From assembly GCF_026210795.1 (NCBI RefSeq), contig NC_089429.1:6820001-6884000 (forward strand): a stretch of 64,000 nucleotides of DNA, in the 5' to 3' direction. Source of the stretch: Rhizophagus irregularis (taxonomy: Eukaryota). Below, in pieces: positions 34,660 through 45,943 of the stretch (position 1 is its first letter; the number at the start of each line of letters is the position of its first letter). The notes beneath the pieces are model-generated. The model was given only the letters and a program-made list of their open reading frames with translations, made no database searches and was not told where the DNA came from. Both the position numbers and the translations under genes were made by a program.

Positions 34660-35800
34660 AGCTTATGCAAAAAATTTTTGATAGACTTGACAAACTTCAG
34701 ATTTTACTACTTTAATGAGTTCGTCCACATCCGTTGATTGAATTCGTAAATTCTCCATTGTTTGAAATTGTCATAATCTGACTTGTTCAATCGAGGTTCA
34801 TCTCATGACAATAAAGATTAACGCTTGGGTTTTAAGCATTGATATCATTGCAAATGCAAACAATGGGTACTATCGTTTTCTTGATCAATTGAATTGGTTT
34901 AGCGACGTGCAGACAAACGGACTTCGCCACGTGATCCAATATGTGATAAACATATATAGTCGTGTAAAACATTAGTTTTTCAGTAACAGTAACCCTTGTA
35001 GTTCAATCGTCCAACTGTCGCTAAAATGAATACCTTCCTCGCGTACAATCTAATTAACAATTATAAAAAAAAAATAGTTCGAGTTAATGCAAAATAAAAA
35101 AGATCGAACAAAATTACAACAGTACCTCTCTTTTTAATAATTCGTCCTCCAAACGCTCTACAATACGAAACTTTATGTTGCTGGGTGGTGTGAATTCCCT
35201 AAACCACTCAAATCCTGGTGGGTTAATTTCAACTTTTATAACGTTGGATCTCCATTGTGGGTAAGCTCCAAAATTACTAGTGTATTCCAAATTTTATTCT
35301 GCAGCTGGGAATATTCCGCGGTTCGGCTACACACACGATCTTTAGGTATCAGAAAAATGCCTAAAATAATTACAAGAGTAACTACTCTCGTAAGAAACAA
35401 AAGAATAGTTGATTCTAAAGTATTATTACTGGGGTCCCTGACACCTTCTCTTAGATCATGCCATCTCCTTGGTCTTCCAGTCTGTGCTGGAAATATCTCT
35501 CTCTTTACAAATCATCCTCGGAGTAATCATCGCACTCATTCCTAACTAGTTCATCCTTCTTTCGTATCTTCTATTATCTGTTTGGACAATCTCTTAAAAC
35601 CAGCAGGCATACCATTGATTTCGTCCGTAAATATGTGTTCAGCCATCTGATCATTTCTCTTAAATTTGAACCATCATCTCATTCGCTAAGCCATCTTTCC
35701 GAGATTCTGGTTTACCATGAAATAAATGAAATAACCAAGATTTTGGCGATATTTTTCTGTCCACAATTGTGCTGTATTAGATGAGGCAGGTGAAGCAAGG
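34660..35800 (-). pseudogene. RFC1: RFC1-like relic, copy A, split by an SRPBCC insert
   Basis: TAQLWTEKYRQ (35745-35775, RFC box II), HIFTDEINGMPAG (Walker B, ~35600-35640) and, after the insert, IQLIKKTIVPIVCICND (~34845-34905). Confidence 0.8.
34915..35560 (-). pseudogene. SRPBCC/START-fold (polyketide cyclase-like) gene relic, copy A
   Basis: Near-identical to 38120-38777 and retains KFRIVERLEDELLKRE|IVREEGIHFSDSW across an intron. Confidence 0.65.
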
Positions 35801-37869
35801 GCTTCACCTCTTAAAGTTTTTTAACAGTCGGTTAGTTTTCGGAGAATAATCGGATTCCGGCACGTGAGGAAGTTTTGCCGTCGGTTCGTTTTTGTAGCCT
35901 TTACAGTATAATTCTCTTCATCTAAGGAAGAGTGAGATTCTCACTAATACACTTGAAGAATCTTTTGTTGATCGAATTTTTGTTCTTCGTATGAATCAGA
36001 ATATAATACCACTTCGTTTGGGGCGACATTAAGGATCGTTGGTTTAGCTTGCTTACGCGTTTTGTAACTTTTACCAGATTAAGATGGAGGTTTTGCCTCG
36101 AATATAATTGAATCTGACATCTTTGTAATTTATATGTTTGATAATTGTCGTACATGGTTTGAAATTTTTTTTTTTTGTAAAGAAAAATACTGGTAGCAAC
36201 TAATGTGTAAAAAATCAGTATTTAATAAAATTTATAATTAGTAAATAAATAATACAAATACGAATAAAAAAATTAACCATTTGATTGATCTACATCGACA
36301 ACACATGTTAAATTAAAATGCATTAATATAATGGACTCATCGTCTTCATTATTTGATTTCATCATGCTCTCGTCAATGTATTTGTGATAACGTATGTTTA
36401 CTTACATCAAAAAATTTTGCTATATTTCTTTCTGGTTTGTCCGAAACATATAATCTGAATCTGAAGTATTTAGGAGAATCCCAATTAAATTGGGTATTTA
36501 ATTAAAAAAAAAAATTTAACAAAAAAGATAAAATAAAATTAAATAATATTTAATTACTTACTTTTGTAAGGAACATTTGATTCAAAAAAATTTATACATG
36601 GAGAAATCATTCAAACTAAAAAAAAAGTCATTTTTAATAAGATAATTGTTAATATAGAAATCTCATCCTACAAAATGCATACTCATATCGCCAACTTTCT
36701 TATCGTTGGAAAAGATGAATCATTTGTACAAGTACTGACCACGTTCTGCTTCCTCAAATACCTTTCCTGCATATAAACAAAAAAATATCGTCAGTATTAG
36801 ACAATATCAACTTTTTGACTTAATTAACAACTCCTCGAGAGGAATATTGTCGCCTACACTTATACTAATTTTCGAACTTTATTAATATTAAAAGACATAC
36901 CATAATCTAAGAAATTTCACGATCATAACTTCAGGTATTATTCAGTAAGTCCTGTCCGGCCGGTAATAGCCAATCAATGTTGGTATTTGGGCCAATTTAA
37001 ACTAAAATGACTCATGGAACTGGAAGACTGGGACGTATAGATCTAATTGACCGGCCCAACGCTTGGGCTGGTTTATATTAACCATTCTTGTTGTATATCT
37101 TTTTGCTTGTGATAAAGAGGTAAAAGAAGTAAAGATAATAAATTATCAGATAAGGGAAGGCATATTAAAGTTATCAATTCGTGCGTGGGCAATACGCTGT
37201 AAAAATGCAGCTAATCAAAGATCAATATCGAAGATCGTAATTGTTGTATTTTTGGTAAAGTTTCTTATAGTTAAGGGAAAAATGTAGTGTAGTGTATATT
37301 TGTGAGTGTGTAAGTATAAGAGAATAATAATATTGTTACATACCAAATACTCTTAATCTCAACTCATCAAAAATAATTTAACGTTCCTTCCGAGCTAAGA
37401 CATAAATACTACACACTCTTCTACTATACGATACTCATCAACTCCTTCCCTATCTCTTTTAGCTTCACAAAATAAAAAAGGAAACAATGCATCAAATAAA
37501 ATTCTCTTTACACAGTTCGCCCTCTTTTAATGATGTCGTTTTCAATGCATTAGTCTCCGTATAAATAATTTGAATTGTGAGACACGGGCAGAAGGCTACG
37601 ATTTTGACACCAAACACACTTGATCTGTAACTTCATTAGCTTCGTTTCTTTCCACAAAGAAATAGATCATATACCTTTCCATCTCTTTTGGCAAGATAAA
37701 AAAACGACATACAAATTTTTTTTTTAAAAAAAAAATACATCAAATAATAATACTCGTTATACGCCAAACACTCTTGATATCAACTTCTTCAATAATGAAC
37801 TTAACATTCCTTTACTATACCAGGCATAATAGTATGAATTCTTTATGAACTATATCTTGCAATATCAGC

Positions 37870-39500
37870 TTATGCAAAAACTTTTTGATAGACTTGACAA
37901 ACTTCAGATTTTACTTCTTTAATGAGTTCGTCCACATCCGTTGATTGAATTCGTAAATTCTCCATTGTTTAAAATTGTCATAATTCTCGATCTGACTTGT
38001 TCAATCGAGGTTCATCTCATGATAGTAAAGTAACGCTTAGGTTTTAAGCATTGATATCATTGCAAATGCAAACAATGGGTACTATCGTTTTCTTGATCAA
38101 TTGAATTGGTTTAGCGACGTGCGGACAAACGGACTTCGCCACGTGATCCAATATGTGATAAACATATATAGTCGTGTAAAACATTAGTTTTTCAGTAACA
38201 GTAACCCTTGTAGAGTTTCCGCTTATTTCATCAAGTTCAATCGCCCAACTGTCGCTAAAATGAATACCTTCCTCGCGTACAATCTAATTAACAATTATAA
38301 AAAAAAAAATAGTTTGAGTTAATGCAAAATAAAAAAGATAGAACAAAATTACAACAGTACCTCTCTTTTTAATAATTCGTCTTCCCAAACAATACGAAAC
38401 TTTATGTTGCTGAGTGGTGCTAAACCACTCAAATCCTGGTGGGTTAATTTCAACTTTTATAACGTTGGATCTCCATTGTGGGTAAGCTCCAAATTTACTA
38501 GTGTATTCCAAATTTTATTCTGCAGCTGGGAATATTCCGCGGTTCGGCTACACACACGATCATTAGGTATCAGAAAAATGCCTAAAATAATTACAAGAGT
38601 AACTACTCTCGTAAGAAACAAAAGAATAGTTGGTTCTAAAGTATGTATTACTGGGCCCCTGACACCTTCTCTTAGATCATGCCATTTCCTTGGTCTTCCA
38701 CTCTGTGCTGGAAACATCTCTCTCTCTTTACAATCATCCTCGGAGTAATCATCGTACTCATTTCCTAACTTGTTCATCCTTCTTTCGTACCTTCTATTAT
38801 TACCTCTGTTTGGACAATCTCTTAAAACCAGCAGGCATTCGTCCGTAAGATATGTGTTTATCTAATTTGTACTTGAGACTTAACTAGCGTATTTTTTTGT
38901 TGTTAAGGCCCAAATTTTTTTGTTTCGAGTACCATTAAGCTCAATCACATTATCCCTTGTATTTGTAACAATTCTGGTAGAACCAGCAATTAATAATGCA
39001 GTCATCTGATCATTTCTCTTAAATTTGAACCATCATCTCATTCGCTAAGCCATCTTTCCACATCTTTCACGAGATTTTGATTTACCACGAAATAACCAAG
39101 ACTTTGGCGATATTTTTCTGTCCACAATTGTGCGGTATTAGATGAGGCAGGTGAAGCGACTGCAGAATTGCATGAGTTTCGTAATAGTAGCTTTTGATTT
39201 AGAGGATTTTGATTTTAAGTCTTGGAAGAAGTTCTAACAACTTTAACAGCTGATCCTCATTAGAATGGGTTTAAACTTGTCCGACCCTAATATGAAAGCT
39301 GTAATATAACAAGATCTTGTGGCGTTTTGGCGAGAAATCAATTTCTCCACCTCTGGAGTCGTTGGACCAGCTCTATTCAAATAAGACCAGGCCTACTATG
39401 ATATCAGGAGAGTCACTTTCTTCAACTTTTATAGGAGTAATGATAGCAGCTGAGCTATCTATTCTTTATTAGGAATAATACCCGTCCGTCCTTCCCCAAT
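37870..39500 (-). pseudogene. RFC1: RFC1-like relic, copy B (BRCT remnant, box II, AAA remnants), split by the same insert
   Basis: EDQLLKLLELLP (BRCT end), TAQLWTEKYRQ, NQNLVKDVERWL, VIELNGTRNKK, DE.PAG and IQLIKKTIVPIVCICND. Colinear with 34215-35800. Confidence 0.8.
38120..38777 (-). pseudogene. SRPBCC/START-fold gene relic with N-terminal TM segment, copy B
   Basis: TM LLFLTRVVTLVIILGIFLIP, then CSRTAEY..KIWNTLVN/FGAYPQWRSNVIKVE, a GT-AG intron at 38284-38360, and DELLKRE|IVREEGIHFSDSWAIELDEISGNSTRVTVTEK. Confidence 0.65.
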
Positions 39501-40089
39501 ACCTTTTTTATCGTTATCATCCATATTCTTTTCTTTTTTTTTTTTTTGATCGGGAGTTATAATGCCACAGGTTTATATATTATTTCCTTTTGTCCAAGTT
39601 TCGTTTTTATAATTATAATTCTGTTATTAATAAATTAGGGTAGGGGAGACCAAAAACAGAGTTTGAAAGAAGAACTTGCTATGCTTTATTTTGAAAAAAA
39701 ATCAAAAAAAAAAATATTTACCAAGTTAGATTAGATATCATTTTGTGTAACGAGATTTGCCAATCGTGATGAGACACTTGACACAAGACACAAGTATCAG
39801 TAAATGCACCCTCTGGTTCGGACCCAAACTTAAACTATTTGACACTTTGGTTTTCTATTCGTTTTTGGAAGTTTTTACGAACAATAGAAAAAATTGCTAT
39901 AGTAATACTTCTCCCAACATAACGTAAATATATATATTGGTCGAATTGATTGATTTGGAAGGAATATAATATTCAGAAGAAAAATTTTTTAATATACTGT
40001 AATTATAAATGATAAAGATATATTATATAGTTTTATATTAAAAAATAATGTAAAAAAAAATTTAATAAATATAACATTCAAAAAAGTTT

Positions 40090-40231
40090 TTTACTTCAAA
40101 TCACCGGGGGTGAGTATCACCGTTGGCCAGAATTATCAAATTTTACTGGCACTCTATTTTTTTAATGCTGGTCGATCGTCATAATTTCAGTCATCGGTGA
40201 TCATCACCCCCGGTGATAGTTAGAAAAATTC
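40090..40231. repeat. ~140-bp internally palindromic module, repeated at 43571-43711
   Basis: ATCACCGGGGGTGA (40100-40113) / TCACCCCCGGTGAT (40204-40217). A second diverged direct copy lies 3.5 kb downstream and a partial copy at ~40975-41045. Confidence 0.75.
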
Positions 40232-41364
40232 TTAAAAAAATATATTTACCAAAATTTTTTTCCTTATTTTTTTTCATTTGATCTGATTAGTAAAAATTTT
40301 ACTTTTTTGAAAAAACTATATACAAATAAAATTACCTATTATTTTATATACAATCAATTCTTAATATAACAAACTTACTTTACAATGAAATTTTCTTAAC
40401 ATATGACATTTAATCAATCAAATACATCAAATATTCCTTATTATAATAAATTAGCCAATTAAATTCTTTGAATTCTTATTTTATAGCAAATTTGAGATAA
40501 AAACTGAAAATTTTGTTACATTAAAAGCTAACTATGGGGGTACATATTAAGATTGAAAATTCTATATGAAATCTCAATCTCAATCTCAATCATGTTTTTT
40601 GTGAAGACCCCCTATATTTTTTTATTATAATATTATTATTAGTAAATTAAATTAAAATATTAATTAATATTTTAGGATTTTACTAAAAATTACCAGTAAT
40701 AAATATCATTATATATAAAAATATTTTTTGAATTAATTATATATAAATTTAATGAGTAAAACAAGTTTTTTTTAGATATTATAAAACTGTTATTTAAATA
40801 GTTTATAAAGAAAACAGAAAAGTTTAATTTTATAAGTAAAATAATTTTTTGTTTTAAAAAAAATTTAATCAAATTTTCAAAATTTTAGTATAACGATTAG
40901 TATTTACTCAAATTTGTTTTATATATTTATTATTTAAATTGAAATTTTTGAAAAAAAAATTTATGATGTTTTTTAATTCTGGCCAAAATTATAATTTTTG
41001 GCTAGAATTAAGTGGTATGATAATAATCACCACTGGTAATTTTTAGAAATACCCAATATTTATAATATAAAAATATTAATCATTCTATTTTGTAAATTTA
41101 ATAAATTTAATTTAATTTATAAGAATAATAAAAATAGTAATATATATTAATTAATATTTTAATTTAAAAATGAAAAATATATATAATTAATATATACATT
41201 TGCTGATCAAATAAATAGTTACAAATTATTTAACAGTATTATTTTAATGTAATTAAAATAAATTATACTATATGTATATTAAAAAAACAAGAAAAATATA
41301 TAATAAATAATCTTAAATTATATAATTTATTAAATTATTTAAGTAAAATAAATAATTAGTTACA

Positions 41365-41567
41365 GGGTTGATCACCCTTGGCTCATTGATTAGTCCGTGA
41401 GTCTCCTCGTGAAGCCTGAGTATGGTGAGGTCGCAAGTTCAATTCTGCCGATTACGGAAATTAAAAGAATTTTACTGCAGACACTACTACCAATAGTGTG
41501 AAAGTACATGTAGCTCTGGTGAACCGGCTATAATGATGTCTCCTAAAACATAAAAAAAAAAAAAAAA
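41365..41567 (+). mobile_element. tRNA-related SINE with poly(A) tail and putative HDV-like ribozyme head
   Basis: 15-bp TSD AAATAATTAGTTACA (41350-41364, 41568-41582), A-box-like TGGCTCATTGATTAG (from 41379), GAGGTCGCAAGTTCAATTCTGC (variable loop plus T-arm/B box) and a 19-A run at 41552-41570. Confidence 0.88.
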
Positions 41568-42999
41568 AAATAATTAGTTACATATAATTACAAATATCAT
41601 TTAAAATTTATATATTAATAAAGAATTCTCTATATTTATAAAATAGATCATTATTTCAGATTTAAAGTAAAAATTATATATAAAATTTTTTGCAAATTTT
41701 ACTATAAAAGAAAATTCAATATTATTATAAAATTAATTGAATTAAAAATAACTATTTATTATACCAAAAATGATTATAAAGTTTTTTAATATACAATTAC
41801 TTTGCATAATCTTTATTAATTAAATTAAATAATTAAGTAGATATTTAAACTAAAAAAAAGTTAGCAGATACTATTTTATTCATTTAGATTTTACTAGAGA
41901 TTTATTTCCTTTTATAATAATTTGTACTATTCCGTCTTTTTTAAATTTAATAAAAAAATAAAAAAATAAATCAAAAAAAATAGTATAAATTTTTTTTAAA
42001 AAAAAAAATTTGTAATTTAATGCTTATTAATAATATTATAAAAAATAATTATCATAATTATGTATTTTATGATTTTAAAAAAAATGTAAATTCTTCTGCT
42101 AAATAATAAGATCAAATTAATTTTTTTACTAGAAGAAATAAATATGATTTTTTAATTTTTTTTCTTAATATTATTTATTTAAATAAAACAAAAGTATAAT
42201 TATAATTATTTTTTTTTTGTTAACACATAGTTATAAATAATTTTTTAATAATTTAAATAATTTAAAAAAATAGATTATTTTTTTTATTAAATATAATAAG
42301 GATTTTTTTTTAAAATTAATAATATATATATAAATAATTATTTAAGATTTTCTTTTATACTAAATAAAATAAAAGGCATAATTATAATTGTTTAAATCTT
42401 TTTTTTAAATTATTTACATAATTAATATTATTACCCTTTTCAAATTAGCGTATTCCTTAAAAGAATTTTGGTAATTTTTTCAATTCTTAGAGTAGTTTTA
42501 TTATAAGCAAATTTAAAAATCTTGTGTAATACAAAAGTTTTTTAATAAAAAAACTACTTTAAAAATTGAGAAAATTATTCAAATTCTTTCAAAATCACTA
42601 ATACTCAATTCTTTTTTACATAATAATACAATAAAATTGCCTATAATCGCAAATTTTTAGAAATAATTTTTTTTAGAAGTGATATTTAAGAAGTACACTA
42701 ATTGAAAAAGATAATAAATAAATTTTTTTTTATTAATTTTACTACTTAAATTAAGTAAAATTAAAATTATTTTTTATTTATTTGAATTATTTCAATATAA
42801 TTAGATCAAAAAAAGATTGAATTAATAAAATTAATAATCTATAATTGATATATAATTACTTTAATTATATAACTTATAATTATCAAAATTTCATTTTTTT
42901 ATTATTAGAAAAATTTTTTGCAAATATAAAAAATAGATATTTTTTAAATTTTTTTTATTATATAAAATAAGTATATAATTTTTTGAAATAATGTATTTA

Positions 43000-43142
43000 C
43001 TGCACCCTGCGTTACAAATTTATATATATTTGTATGTTTATCATTTGCCATTTTAAGGGAGGTGCAGTGTATAAACTAAAGATCGACATAAACAATTTAC
43101 AAAAAAGGAAGGATGCGTTGTAACTTGTAACGCAGGGTGCGG
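43000..43142. mobile_element. 143-bp Tc1/pogo-type MITE
   Basis: C(T/C)GCACCCTGCGTTACAA...TTGTAACGCAGGGTGCGG flanked by TA on both sides (42998-42999, 43143-43144). Confidence 0.8.
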
Positions 43143-44699
43143 TAAATAAATTCACTCTAATTTTTTTCTTATAATTTTATATGATAATCAAGATTTATTT
43201 TTGTTTAATATTAAAAAATATGTTTATTATTTAAAAAAAAAAAATTTTTTTGTTAATTTAGCCCCCTTTTTTAGTATTCACCTCAATTGGTTATATAAAA
43301 TTAATTTTTTGTTAGATTTTTTAATTTTGTACTTAATTATGATTATATAAAAACTGATAAAATAAGTTAATATTAGTGAAATATAATAAATTATATTATC
43401 ATTTGGATTTTAGTTTTATAAATTTAACATTTTTAATATAATAATTATTATTATAACAATAAATAAATATTATTTCAAGTTATTACCTTTATAGTTTAAA
43501 TATTTTGTAAAGGACTAAACTGACTTATTAATTTATAATTTTTCTTTAAAAATAATTATTTATTAAGATTTTTACTTCAAATCACTGGGGTTATCATCAC
43601 CGTTGGCCAGAATTATTAATTTTTACCAGCACTATATTTTTTTAATGCTGGTCAATCATTATAATTTCAGTTACCAGTGATCATCACTCCCGGCGATAGT
43701 TAGAAAAATTCATTTATAAATTATAAGTCATAAAAAATTAAAAAAAAAAGTCTATTATAATAAAATAAAAAAGATCAAAAATAATTTTATACCAATTTTT
43801 TTTTTATTTTAAATATAAATAAATTAAATTTATTATATATATAAAAATTAAAAATTATATACATATAATTTATATAATTACTTTAATTATATTATTAGTA
43901 TATTTAGCTAAGTTATTTCTATTCATATAATAATTATTTCACTTTATAATATTTAATTTTGCAGCCTATACTTTATATATATTTTTATAAATTTATTATT
44001 ATTTTTTTTTTACAATATTTGCAATATAAAAAAAAATAGTACTAATTAAATCTATAACTTGTTTAGTTTAAATTATAGTTTTCAAAAAAATATATACTAT
44101 AATATTCAGTTAAGTACTATATAATTTTTTAGTAAAGTATATAAAATATTTTATTTAATAAAAAATTAGTAATATAAAGTTTTATTAGTATAATAAAATA
44201 TTATAAATAATAATTGATTTATATAAGATTTTGTAAATATTATAAAATAAAAAAAAATCCAAGAAGTTAAATTGCATTCTTATTATATAATTCTTTGCTA
44301 ATTATATTTATAATTAAAATATTTTACAAATTTCAAATATAATTAATACTACTTTTAGCTATATTTTGAAAAGCATTTAATGAATAAAATGAAATTAAGC
44401 AAAGTAATTAATAAGTTAATATATTATTTTATCCTTTTTTATTTTTTTATTTTACAATTAATTCTTTATATTAAAGATCAACCATACATTCCTATATTCA
44501 AAAATTAATGTTTTTTTTATTAATAGCAATAATCTATTATTGCGACATCAGAATATAATGATTAATAACAAATGTACAATTATAAAAACTCATATATTTA
44601 TATAGAATCCCATTTCCTAAAACCTCTTATAAACTAATTTTTTTTTTCCTTAAATATCACCGCAATTTCAACAATAAAAATAGAGCTAATGAACCTAAA

Positions 44700-45015
44700 G
44701 AATGAATGTCATTTTCTTAAATCTTTAAAGGGTTGTAAAGAGTCTTTTTTGATGTTCTAGAAACATCTTTCCATAAATCAGAGATCGAAGGGATTGACTC
44801 TTGTCCTGAAAAGACATTAAAAAACACGAAAAAGCCTTATAATAGTATTTTTACACCCGCTAAACAACCAATTTAACGCGTCAACTACAAAATTACAAAA
44901 TTACGAATTTACGATACAAAAATTATGCATTAGTTAAAAATACGTAAAAATAATTTTATTAGACTTTATAAATTTAAAATATAAACATACCTAATTTTAA
45001 AGAATCCTGTCCTCC
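44700..45015 (-). repeat. Inverted homolog of 52995-53260 (exon-intron-exon segment upstream of the RFC1 relic)
   Basis: GAGGACAG.ATTCTTTA...GGTATGTT...AATTTTGTAGTTG.CGC...TTGTTTAGCGG...AAAGATTTAAGAAAATGA is shared in opposite orientation. Confidence 0.7.
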
Positions 45016-45389
45016 AATCTTTTTGGAACAAAACAGTAGAAAAATCATGAAATTCAGTTATCAAAAAATTAGATTTTCAGATTGTACCTCATGAGACACA
45101 GTGTTCAGGGGTTGATCGATAGAGAATGCTTTTTAAGTCAGGCTCTATGCCGGAAGCGTGAAGATTTTGCTTGCTTAATCTATTATTTATGTGTATAAAA
45201 ACAGAGTTTTGTTCCATTAGTTTTATATTTTATACTTTGAGGTCCCGTTATACCGTTGTCTATTTGCAAGTAAGTTAGATTTTTCAATAAATTTATTGTA
45301 TTATTTACAGTTCACTTTAATAAATTCTTCGCTAGTAGTAATTGTTCTGATTTTAAATTACACTTTAAATTTATTATAGAAATTGCTTG

Positions 45390-45525
45390 ATCAAATAGTA
45401 TTACTGTTGAATTCAATATAGTAACAAATACTTTCAAGAATGACATCAAAGTATATTCATTTTTTTTATACTCAATTTTTGAACAAGTTTGCTTCAGTAG
45501 CACATTTTCAGGATCCTAAACATAA
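45390..45525 (+). pseudogene. Short fragment homologous to 59720-59870 (Blm10-like relic)
   Basis: AGTAACAAATACT...TTTTATAC.CAA.TTTTG.ACAA...TTCAGGATCC.AAACAT is shared in inverted orientation (QDPKH). Confidence 0.55.
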
Positions 45526-45943
45526 GAAGATAGAAAGAAATGCTGTGACTGGTGCTCAAACTGATGGCCAAAATTGGGCCAGTCAGTTTTTCGCTTCAGA
45601 AGAAAAAGGACAATATAAAGACGTATACGCGAAGAACCGATGGCCAAAAATTGGGCCAACTAGTTTTTCGCTTCAAAAGTAAGATGCGAAAAACTGGTGG
45701 CCAAAAATCGGCATTTGGCACAACATATTCAATATTCTAGCGCTAATGTTTAATAACGATAGATCGTTAGGATGATGGCGTAATTTTTTTCGTCCAAATT
45801 TAACGTTTAAATCATAAAAAATAACATCCAGGTATTTAAAAGGTCCCTTTTATAAAGGATAATTTATTTAATTACTTAAATAGATATATTATTTGGTTTA
45901 TTAACATTATTGTTTTTTACATTTATTTAATAAGTAAATTCAA

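Noticed and set aside
35255..38748. Plus-strand ORFs 35255-35545 and 38404-38748 as a duplicated gene
   Set aside because: They are antisense shadows of the minus-strand SRPBCC relics.
41365..41460. Functional tRNA gene
   Set aside because: There is no acceptor stem or anticodon arm, and the poly(A) plus 15-bp TSD show a retroposed SINE.
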